A program made the translations under genes and the position numbers. DNA of 64,000 nt from an uncultured Planctomycetaceae bacterium (GTDB lineage Bacteria; Planctomycetota; Phycisphaerae; SM23-33): contig CAYLPJ010000024.1 of the NCBI GenBank assembly GCA_964385465.1, positions 14,238 through 78,237 on the forward strand, given 5' to 3'. The notes under the pieces are model-generated. The model had not been told where the DNA came from. It did no database searches and worked only from the letters and a program-made list of their open reading frames with translations. Shown one piece after another: positions 38,701 to 46,802 of the stretch (its first letter is position 1; each line of letters starts with the position of its first letter).

Positions 38701-40179
38701 TCAGTAGATCCCGATCCGCCGGGGAAGCGGGTCCGCCGTCTTCGCCATGCGGTCCGTCATGCGCACCAGCAGCGCCGTCTTCGCCTCGGCGGCGGCCGGG
38801 TCGTCCCAGAGGTTCCGCGTCTCGGCCGGATCGGACCGGAGGTCGTAGAGCTCCCCCCCGCCGGTTCCGTGGGCGACGATCAGCTTGTGCGTCTCCGTCC
38901 GCACCATCGTCAGGAAGCCCTTGGGGTTGTCGGGGTTCGAGTTGTAATACTCGCAGTAGACGTCGTCGCGGAACGCCTCGGCCGGCGCCTCGCCGGTGAG
39001 CATGGGCCAGAGGCTCCGCGTCTGCATTCCGGGGTGGCGGGGCAGTCCGGCGGCGTCCAGCACCGTGGGGGCGAGGTCGCTGAGCTCCACCAGCCCGCTC
39101 GCGCGGACGCCTTGGGCAACGGTGCCCGGCATGGAGCAGATCAGCGGCACGCGGATGGCGGGGTCGTAGAGGAACGGGCCCTTCGTGTACAGCCCGTGGT
39201 CGCCGAGCATCTCGCCGTGGTCGCTGGTGAAGATCACCAGCGTGTTCTCGCGCTGCCCGGTGCGGTCGAGGGCATCGAGCATGCGCCCGACCTGGACGTC
39301 GATCTGGTCGCACATGGCCCAGTAGGCTGCCCGGAGCATGCGGTGCTCGCGGGGGTCGCCGAGGTCGGCCTCGTCATAGCCGGCGTACTTGCACCTGGCG
39401 TGCCGTTCCGCCTGCCAGGCCGGCTTGTCCGCCAGCTCGCCCTCGACGTAGTTCGGCAGGGGGATTTCGTCCAGGCGGTCGAGGTACGGCTTGAGGTACT
39501 CCTGCGGCGGGTCGAAGACGAAGTGCGGGTCGAAGATGTTCACCGAGAACAGCCAGCCGTGGGCGTAGCCCTCGTAGGCCTCGATGAAGTCGATCGCCTT
39601 CTGCGCGCAGAACGTCGTCTGGTGCAGCTCCGGCGGCATGCCGATCTTGACGAACCGCGAGTCCTCCCGCGGGCGCTGCTCGATCGCAGCGCCGTGCTCG
39701 CGGACCCAGCGGTTGTAGGCGCTGGAGCGGAACTTGGGGCTGGGGGCGTGGTCCCAGTAGAACTCGGCGTAGCCGTCGTCGATCCGCGGCTCGACGCCCT
39801 GGATCACCCGTTCCTCATCCGGCAGCTCCCACCACGTCTCGCCCAGCGTGAACCGCCGGTTGCACGCGCAGAGGTGCAGCTTGCCCGAGAGCCCGCAGAT
39901 GTACTCGTGGTCGGCCAGCATCCGCGTGATGAGCTTCTCGTCGGCGGGGATGTTCTGCCCGTTCTGGCGCAGCCCCGTGGTGACGGGGTACCGCCCTGTC
40001 AGAAAACTGCCCCGGCTGGGCTGGCAGAGGGGGTTCTGGGCGTAGCAGTGCTCGAAGAGCACGCCCTCGGCCGCGAGGCGGTCGATGTTCGGGCTCCTGA
40101 CGTGCGGGTTGCCGTAACAGCCCAAGGTGTCGAAGCGCTGGGAGTCCGTGCAGATCCACAGGATGTTGGTGGGCTTCAC
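38701..40179 (-). CDS. Sulfatase (Cys/formylglycine type)
   Basis: NILWICTD, CQPSR.SFLTG, GKLH, DPH and TSDHG motifs. Confidence 0.92.
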   Translation of the reverse strand: MKPTNILWICTDSQRFDTLGCYGNPHVRSPNIDRLAAEGVLFEHCYAQNPLCQPSRGSFLTGRYPVTTGLRQNGQNIPADEKLITRMLADHEYICGLSGKLHLCACNRRFTLGETWWELPDEERVIQGVEPRIDDGYAEFYWDHAPSPKFRSSAYNRWVREHGAAIEQRPREDSRFVKIGMPPELHQTTFCAQKAIDFIEAYEGYAHGWLFSVNIFDPHFVFDPPQEYLKPYLDRLDEIPLPNYVEGELADKPAWQAERHARCKYAGYDEADLGDPREHRMLRAAYWAMCDQIDVQVGRMLDALDRTGQRENTLVIFTSDHGEMLGDHGLYTKGPFLYDPAIRVPLICSMPGTVAQGVRASGLVELSDLAPTVLDAAGLPRHPGMQTRSLWPMLTGEAPAEAFRDDVYCEYYNSNPDNPKGFLTMVRTETHKLIVAHGTGGGELYDLRSDPAETRNLWDDPAAAEAKTALLVRMTDRMAKTADPLPRRIGIY

Positions 40180-40242
40180 CGTCGGGGCCTTTCCCGTCAG
40201 GGGTTGCGAACGCCGGGAGCGCGGCGGGCGCCCGCGGGGTCG

Positions 40243-40440
40243 TCAGCGTTTCTTTGCCGCCGGCTTGCCCGCCCGCTTCCACTCGCACGGGCCGTTCTTG
40301 TTGACCAGCTTGTCGAGCTTGCCGCAGTAGACGGCCGCCATGGTCCGGCAGAGCCCGGCGCTGTCGGCGGGGGGGAAATCGCTGTGGGGGCAGGAGAAAT
40401 CGCAGAACGGGGGGATCGCGTCGTCGGTGTCCTTCGTCAT
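40243..40440 (-). CDS. Small Cys-rich hypothetical protein (65 aa)
   Basis: MTKDTDDAIPPFCDFSCPH...GLCRT.AAVYC..L.KLV.KNGPC; five Cys; host-like codon usage. Confidence 0.65.
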   Translation of the reverse strand: MTKDTDDAIPPFCDFSCPHSDFPPADSAGLCRTMAAVYCGKLDKLVNKNGPCEWKRAGKPAAKKR

Positions 40441-40615
40441 CGTCAGCAAACCCTTGGAGTTCGTTCGGGGGGTCATCACGGCCGAGGGAAAACGCCTCAC
40501 AGGCGAACCGGCCGTACGGTACACTTCGTAATCATACCATACGCGACGGCCCGTGCGAGGTTGCTTTCGCCCGCGGCCGGCGGGCCGACCGACCGACAGG
40601 ACAGGGGCCGCAGCA

Positions 40616-41515
40616 ATGCCCGAGGCGAACAACCCATCGAAACCGCAGCGAACCACCCGCCGGCGCGTGCTGGCCGGGGCTTCGGGCCTGCTGGCCGTCG
40701 CCGCCGGCGGGGGCCTGGCCGACGCCCTCTTCGTCGAGCCGCACTGGATCAAGGTCTCCCGCCCGGTGTTCCGAATCCCCGGCCTCGGCGAGGCATGGGA
40801 GGGGGCACGCCTGGCGGTCCTGGCCGACATCCACCTCGGCCGGCTCCAGAAGCCCGACTACCTCCGGCGGATCGTCCACCTGGCCAATCGCGCCCGGCCG
40901 GACGTGACCGTGATCGCCGGCGACATGATCAGCCGCCGCAGCGGCATCACCGAGGCGGCGCGGTCGGCCCTGGCGGAGCTCGAGGCCCCCGAGGGGGTGT
41001 TCGCCGTGCTGGGCAACCACGACTACGACGCCCCGGCCGGCGAGGTCGCCGACATGCTCGCCGGCGCGGGCGTGGAGGTGCTCGTCAACGCCCATCGCGT
41101 GGTGGAGCGCGAGGGTCAGCCGCTGTGCATCGCCGGCGTGGACGACCTGATGCGCGGCTCGCCGGACCTGGCGACCGCCCTTCGCGGCGCGCCCGCCGAC
41201 GGGCCGCGCATCCTGCTGGCTCACAACCCCGACTACGCCGAGCGCATGCCCGCGGGCCCGCGCGTGGACTTCATGCTCAGCGGCCATACGCACGGGGGGC
41301 AGCTCTGCCTGCCGGCGGGCATCCCGCTGTTCGCGGCCGTGCGGCACCGCAAGTACGCTCGCGGCCTGGTTCGCGGTCCGCAGTGCGACGTGTACGTCTC
41401 CCGCGGCCTGGGCATGGTCTTCGTGCCAATGCGTTTCAACTGCCGCCCGGAGCTGCCGATCGGGACGCTGCGGCGGGCGAGCGGCGAGGAGCGGGGCCAC
41501 GAACACGATGTCTGA
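40616..41515 (+). CDS. Metallophosphoesterase (YkuE/YaeI-like) with Tat-like leader
   Basis: TRRRVL leader; ADIH, AGD, LGNHD, LLAHNP and SGHTHGGQ motifs. Confidence 0.9.
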   Translation: MPEANNPSKPQRTTRRRVLAGASGLLAVAAGGGLADALFVEPHWIKVSRPVFRIPGLGEAWEGARLAVLADIHLGRLQKPDYLRRIVHLANRARPDVTVIAGDMISRRSGITEAARSALAELEAPEGVFAVLGNHDYDAPAGEVADMLAGAGVEVLVNAHRVVEREGQPLCIAGVDDLMRGSPDLATALRGAPADGPRILLAHNPDYAERMPAGPRVDFMLSGHTHGGQLCLPAGIPLFAAVRHRKYARGLVRGPQCDVYVSRGLGMVFVPMRFNCRPELPIGTLRRASGEERGHEHDV

Positions 41516-41605
41516 GGCGGGGACGGGGGCCTGGACCGTGATCTCCGCGGAACGGCGCGGGGCGGCAGGGGGGGCGCTCGCCCCTGAGCCTGCTTGCGGG
41601 CGGTC

Positions 41606-42796
41606 TCACCGTACCGTCAGGAAGTACTCCATCAGCTCGCAGCCGGGGTTGACGTGCAGGTCGCTGCGGGCGGCGTCGGCCTCGGTGAAGTGCGCCTCGA
41701 CGACGCTGGGGATGCCCTTGCCGGCGAGGGCGAAGGGCACGGCCTCGCGGGTGTGGGTCCGCTCGGTGCACGGGGTGGGGTGGTCCGGCAGGACCAGGAT
41801 CCGCCAGTCCTCGCCCTCGGCCGACAGGCGCTCCAGCAGCGGGGCGACCACGTGGCGGTCGATGTTCTCCATGGCGGCGATCTTCCCGGCGGCGTCGGCG
41901 TGATGGCCGGCCTCGTCGGGGGCCTCGACGTGCACGCAGACCAGGTCGCAGCCGTCCAGCGCGGCGACGGCGGCCTCGCCCTTGCCGGCGTAGTTGGTGT
42001 CCACGAAGCCGGTGGCGCCCTCGACGGGGATCCGTTGCCAGCCGATGAGCTTGCTGATCCCGGCGACGAGGTCGACGGCCGTGATCGCCTTGCCCGTCAG
42101 CCCGTACTTGTCCCGGAAGGTCGGCAGCGTGGGCATGGTTCCCTGTCCCCACAGCCAGATTCCGGTGGCGGGGTTGTCGCCGACGTCGCGGCGGACGGCG
42201 TTGATCTCGTGCTCTTCCAGCAGGGCCGAGGCGGCTTCCATGATCCGGCGGATGTGGTCGGCGCCTTCGCCGGCTGGCTGGTGCGCGGCGACGGGCTCGG
42301 AGAGGATGTCGTGCGGCGGGGTGGTGGTCAACGCGTCGCACGCGCCGCGGTAGAGCATGATGTGGCGGTAGCTGACGCCCGGGTGGAAGCGGATCGTCTC
42401 GTCGGCGAGGCGGTCGTTGAGCTCGGCGATCAGGGCGGCGGCCTCCTTGCTGGTGATGTGCCCGGCGGAGTAGTCCTCCATGATCCCGTCGATGACCGTC
42501 ACGAGATTGCAGCGGAAGACCCACTCGTCGTCGGCGACGTCCAGCCCCATGGCGGCGGCCTCAAGGGGCGCCCGCCCGGTGTAGACCTCCCGCGGGTCGT
42601 AGCCGAGCACCGAGAGGATGGCCACGTCCGACCCGGCGGGCATGCCGTCGGGGATGTTGCGTACCGTGCCCAGCCGCCCCGTCGCGGCGATGCGGTCAAT
42701 GTGCGGGATGTCCGCGGCCTCCAGGGGCGTGCGGCCTTCCAGCTCCTTCAGCGGCACGTCGGCCGCGCCGTCGGCGATGATCAGTGCGTATTTCAT
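41606..42796 (-). CDS. Cofactor-independent phosphoglycerate mutase (ApgM-type) / proposed homoserine kinase
   Basis: DGAAD.P...L.GRTPL, GSDVA, GRAPLEA, HVEAPDEAGH, PDHPTP and RTH motifs; downstream of hom. Confidence 0.88.
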   Translation of the reverse strand: MKYALIIADGAADVPLKELEGRTPLEAADIPHIDRIAATGRLGTVRNIPDGMPAGSDVAILSVLGYDPREVYTGRAPLEAAAMGLDVADDEWVFRCNLVTVIDGIMEDYSAGHITSKEAAALIAELNDRLADETIRFHPGVSYRHIMLYRGACDALTTTPPHDILSEPVAAHQPAGEGADHIRRIMEAASALLEEHEINAVRRDVGDNPATGIWLWGQGTMPTLPTFRDKYGLTGKAITAVDLVAGISKLIGWQRIPVEGATGFVDTNYAGKGEAAVAALDGCDLVCVHVEAPDEAGHHADAAGKIAAMENIDRHVVAPLLERLSAEGEDWRILVLPDHPTPCTERTHTREAVPFALAGKGIPSVVEAHFTEADAARSDLHVNPGCELMEYFLTVR

Positions 42797-42841
42797 GGCG
42801 GCGTCACCTGCGGCCCGGTCGGGTCTGCCCGGCCTGGGGGA

Positions 42842-44173
42842 TCAGATGTCCTCGGGGTACTCCTCGACGATGGGGATGCAGACGGTGTCGGCCTTGACGA
42901 CGTCGAGTGCGTCGACCTCGGCCAGCGCGGCGCGGACGTCGCCGCAGCGTGCGCGGTAGGTGGTGATGACGACGGGCACGCCCTCGTTGGGGTTGTCTTT
43001 GGGCGGCTCGTGCTGGAGCACCGAGGAGATGCTGATCCCGTGGGTGCCCAGGATGGCGGCGATGCGTGCCAGCACGCCCGGCTGGTCCTCGCACATCACG
43101 CGGAGGTAGTGGCGGCTGACGGCGGCATCGGCGGGAAGCTGCATGCCCGCGGTGTGGCGGTCCGGCAGGAGGTTCAGCCGCTCGAAGGCCGCCGCGGCCG
43201 AGCCGGTCGCCACCGAGACGATGTCCGAGACCACCGCCGACGCGGTGGGCATTCCGCCGGCCCCCCGTCCGTAGTACATGGTGTGCCCGGTGGCGTGGCC
43301 GTAGACGCTGACGGCGTTGAAGGGCCCGGAGACCCACGCCAGCGGATGCTCCAGGGAGATGAACGCCGGGCAGACGCGAAGGCTGAGCCCGTCGTCCTGG
43401 CGGACGGCGATGGCCAGCAGCTTGACGACGTAGCCCAACTCGCGCCCGTAGGTGAGGTCGCGGAGCTGGAGGCGGTCGATGCCCTCGACGCCGATGGCGT
43501 CGAAGTCGATCTTCGCCCCGAACGCCAGCGCCGCGAGGATGGCCAGCTTGTGCGCCGAGTCCGTGCCGTTGACGTCCAGCGTCGGGTCGGCCTCGGCGAG
43601 CCCGTCGGCCTGGGCGGCGGCCAGGGCGTCGGCGTAGGTCTGCCCGTGCTGCATCATGGCCGTCAGGATGTAGTTGCACGTGCCGTTGACGATCCCGTAG
43701 ATCGCGTCGACGCGGTTGGCGATCAGCCCCTCGCACAGGGCGCGGACGACCGGGATCCCGCCGGCGCAGCTCGCCTCGAAGCTCAGGCTCACGCCGCGGC
43801 TCCGCGCGAGGGCGAACAGCTCCTCGCCGTGATGCGCCAGCAGGGCCTTGTTGGCCGTCACCACGCTCTTGCCGGCCTCGATGGCGCGGCGGGTGATGTC
43901 GCGGGCGACGGTCGTCCCCCCGACCAGCTCGACGATCACGCCCACGGCGTCGTCGCCCAGGGCGGCGTCGAGGTCGTCGGTCAGCAGCGATTCGTCCAGG
44001 CCGAGCTCGCGGGCGCGGTCGAGATTCACGTCCACCACGTACCGAAGCTCGACCCGCGGGCCGACGCGCCGGGCCAGCAGGTCGGCGTCGCGCGTCAGCA
44101 GCGTGGCGGCCGCGCCGCCGACGGTCCCGCAGCCGACGATCGCGACACCCCGGGCCGGTTGACTGTCACTCAT
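42842..44173 (-). CDS. hom: Homoserine dehydrogenase with ACT domain
   Basis: GCGTVG, VVTANK, FEASCAGGIP, GIVNGTCNYIL, AEADPT.DV.G and GRGAG..PTASAV motifs. Confidence 0.96.
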   Translation of the reverse strand: MSDSQPARGVAIVGCGTVGGAAATLLTRDADLLARRVGPRVELRYVVDVNLDRARELGLDESLLTDDLDAALGDDAVGVIVELVGGTTVARDITRRAIEAGKSVVTANKALLAHHGEELFALARSRGVSLSFEASCAGGIPVVRALCEGLIANRVDAIYGIVNGTCNYILTAMMQHGQTYADALAAAQADGLAEADPTLDVNGTDSAHKLAILAALAFGAKIDFDAIGVEGIDRLQLRDLTYGRELGYVVKLLAIAVRQDDGLSLRVCPAFISLEHPLAWVSGPFNAVSVYGHATGHTMYYGRGAGGMPTASAVVSDIVSVATGSAAAAFERLNLLPDRHTAGMQLPADAAVSRHYLRVMCEDQPGVLARIAAILGTHGISISSVLQHEPPKDNPNEGVPVVITTYRARCGDVRAALAEVDALDVVKADTVCIPIVEEYPEDI

Positions 44174-44245
44174 GGTCAAAGTCTCCTCGATGGGCACGCA
44201 TCCTACCGGAGGCGGGGGGAGGGAGCAAGGTCGTCGGTGCGGGGG

Positions 44246-45157
44246 TCAGTCGGGGTCCGCTGCCGGGCGTGTGGCGGGCTGGCCCCTGGCGGGGATCTCG
44301 ATCAGCGGGGTGGGCAGCTTCTCGCTGGTCAGGTACAGCGACCGCCCGTCGGGGCCGTAGCAGATGCTCTCGCCCTGGCGGCGGAGTGGCATCAGCAGCA
44401 GGCGCGGGCGGCGGGCGAAGGCCTGGGGCCAGGTCTCGCCGTCGCGTCGGACGATCGCGTGGGCGCCGTGGTAGCTGAGGATGATCGCCCGGCGCCCGTC
44501 GTCGGAGAAGTCCATCGCGACGGCCCGGGGGATGTTTAGCAGCCCCACCCGGCGGGCGGCGAGCAGGCCGGGGGCGTCGGCGTCGCCCTCGGGCCAGGGC
44601 AGGGCGTAGACGGTCCGTCGGCCTCGCTTGGCGACGAGGTAGACGGTCCGCGTCTCGCTGTCGGCGGCGACGGCCTCGACGTCCTGCGGGCCGTCCTCGT
44701 AGGTGAAGTGGACGGCGCGGCGGACCCGGACGCGAACGGTCCGGTCGCGTGCGTTGGGGTCGAGCTCGGGCTCGGGCAGGAGGTAGAGCGTCACGGACTT
44801 CCGCTTTCGGGCGTTGTCGCCGGTGTCGCAGGCCAGCAGGTGATCGTTGCCGTCAAGGCGGAACGTGGCCAGGTCCTCCCAGTCGCGGGCGCGGGCGCCG
44901 ACGGCGATGCAGGTTGCCAGGTGCTCGCCGGCGACGTTGAACGCATAGAGCTGCGGACGGTCGCCGGAGTCGTTGTGCGTCCAGAAGACCCCCGGCGTCC
45001 GCCGGCCGGCAACCAGGCCGCTGCTCTCGTCGATGTGTCGATTGGCCAGCGTGCAGAGCCTCCTGGCCGGGCCGTAGCGGACGGCGCCCGCTTCGGCGGG
45101 CGCGCAGCCGCACAGCGGCAGGACGAGGGTGACGGCTTGGGTCAGCAGGCGGATCAC
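44246..45157 (-). CDS. Hypothetical lipoprotein, beta-propeller-like
   Basis: LCGC lipobox-like; ESSGL, WTHNDSGD, DWEDLA, DTGDN and QGESI motifs. Confidence 0.7.
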   Translation of the reverse strand: MIRLLTQAVTLVLPLCGCAPAEAGAVRYGPARRLCTLANRHIDESSGLVAGRRTPGVFWTHNDSGDRPQLYAFNVAGEHLATCIAVGARARDWEDLATFRLDGNDHLLACDTGDNARKRKSVTLYLLPEPELDPNARDRTVRVRVRRAVHFTYEDGPQDVEAVAADSETRTVYLVAKRGRRTVYALPWPEGDADAPGLLAARRVGLLNIPRAVAMDFSDDGRRAIILSYHGAHAIVRRDGETWPQAFARRPRLLLMPLRRQGESICYGPDGRSLYLTSEKLPTPLIEIPARGQPATRPAADPD

Positions 45158-45181
45158 GGCGGGGCGTTCCTCCGGGGCCGG

Positions 45182-46633
45182 TCAGCCGGACCGGCGGCTT
45201 TGCGAGTTGCGCTTGACGATCGCCCTCGCCCCCGGCAGCGCCTCGGCGCGGACGTTGCCCAGCACGGGGTCGTTGTCGATGTAGTACTCCCAGCGGCTCA
45301 TCGAATCGAGCATCCGCTTGCCGCGCCGGCAGTCCTCGATCGACAGCTTGCCCTCGCGGACCAGGTCGTAGTACGGACCCAGGTCCGTCTGCTTGTACAG
45401 GTTGGCGAAGTGCTTGTAGAACTCCACCCGCGGCAGGCGCGTCGGCGTTACCGCGTGCAGCGTGTCGTAGCAGGTGTAGTCGTACGTCAGCAGATCGTTG
45501 AACCGCTCGCGGTAGAGCTGCGTGCCCACCAGCGGCGTCAGGACCGTGAACTGCGTGTGCGTGATCTCCATCCGGTCGACGTACTCCCGCAGGCGGGCGA
45601 AGTCGTCGGCCGTCCATTGCGGGTCGACGATGAACGCCCCCCAGATGATCACGCCGTTGGCCTTGAGGATGCGGATCGCCTCGTTGTTGGTCTCCAGCTT
45701 GTTGGACTTGTTGACGTTCTTCAGCGCGTCCTCGGTCGCGCCCTCCAGGCCCAGCAGGACGGCGTAGAGCCCGACGCCCACCCACTTCTCCACCAGCTCC
45801 GGGTGCCGGGCGATCGAGTCGGTGCGGCACTCCATGCTGAAGCGCATGTCCAGCCCCTCGCCGCGGACCAGCTCGGCGATCTCGTCCTCCCGGCGGTGGT
45901 TCATCAGGAAGTTGTCGTCCACGAACGTGATGTGCTCGGTGTCCACGTGGTGGATCTCGTCCATCACCCTCGCGGCCGACATCTGGCGCGTCTTGCCCTG
46001 GTAGAATTCGTGGACGCTGCAGAAGTTGCACTTGAACGGGCAGCCGCGCCCGGCGGCGACCGACGAGTCCGGCCGGTCGAAGAGGAAGAAGTATTCGGGG
46101 CGGTAGCGTTCGACGAGATCCCGGCGCGGCAGGGGGAGGTTGTCCAGGCCCCGCCCGGCGGGCATCTGGCGTGGGTTGCGGACGAAGCGCCCGTCGCGGT
46201 TGCGCCAGACGAGGTTGGGCACCTCGCTGAGGCTCTGCCCGGCCTCGATGGCGGCGACGAGGCCCGGGAAGACGAACTCTCCCTCGCCGAGGGCGACGGC
46301 GTCGACCTGGGGGATCTGGAAGTCCTCGGGCATCAGCGTGCAGTGGTGCCCCCCGACGACGGTGACGATCTCCTGGCTGTAGTTCTTGACGGCCATCAGC
46401 ACGTCGCGGGCGGCGTAGACCTCGGTGGTCAGCGAGGTGACGCCGACGATGTGCGGCTGGAACTCGTCGACGAGGCCGAGGAGGTTGGCGTCGATGCGCA
46501 TGTCGAGGATGCGCACGTCGTGGTCGGGCAGGCAGCCGGCGAGCACCTCCAGGTGGAGCGGCTCGGGCATCGCCGCCAGGCGGAAGCCGAAGTTCGCGAT
46601 CTGGTAGTCCGGTTGAACCAGCAGTATCCGCAT
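45182..46633 (-). CDS. B12-binding radical SAM protein (class B methylase-like, HpnR-like)
   Basis: EPL.LE, VVGGHH, GEGE, RGCPFKCNFC, DDNF, TPL.GT and D.LHAV.PTRLP..EFY motifs. Confidence 0.88.
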   Translation of the reverse strand: MRILLVQPDYQIANFGFRLAAMPEPLHLEVLAGCLPDHDVRILDMRIDANLLGLVDEFQPHIVGVTSLTTEVYAARDVLMAVKNYSQEIVTVVGGHHCTLMPEDFQIPQVDAVALGEGEFVFPGLVAAIEAGQSLSEVPNLVWRNRDGRFVRNPRQMPAGRGLDNLPLPRRDLVERYRPEYFFLFDRPDSSVAAGRGCPFKCNFCSVHEFYQGKTRQMSAARVMDEIHHVDTEHITFVDDNFLMNHRREDEIAELVRGEGLDMRFSMECRTDSIARHPELVEKWVGVGLYAVLLGLEGATEDALKNVNKSNKLETNNEAIRILKANGVIIWGAFIVDPQWTADDFARLREYVDRMEITHTQFTVLTPLVGTQLYRERFNDLLTYDYTCYDTLHAVTPTRLPRVEFYKHFANLYKQTDLGPYYDLVREGKLSIEDCRRGKRMLDSMSRWEYYIDNDPVLGNVRAEALPGARAIVKRNSQSRRSG

Positions 46634-46802
46634 GGACGTCCTCTTTGCAGTCACCCGTCAGTCAGTGGCCCGCGGGCGGTCCGGGCCCCGCGGAGTCGGC
46701 GCGGGAGCCATCATACCAGACCGCCCTCGCCGATGGAGAGCGAAACCTCGGGGCTTGGGGGTTCCACCGGTGGCGCTCCGCCACGCGAGCCGTCCCGCGG
46801 TC

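Noticed and set aside
40465-40525. Possible fluoride riboswitch (ggttcgcc...gtgatgacccc on the minus strand)
   Set aside because: The 5' GGCGATGG element and the pseudoknot partner are absent; retained only as a generic structured leader.
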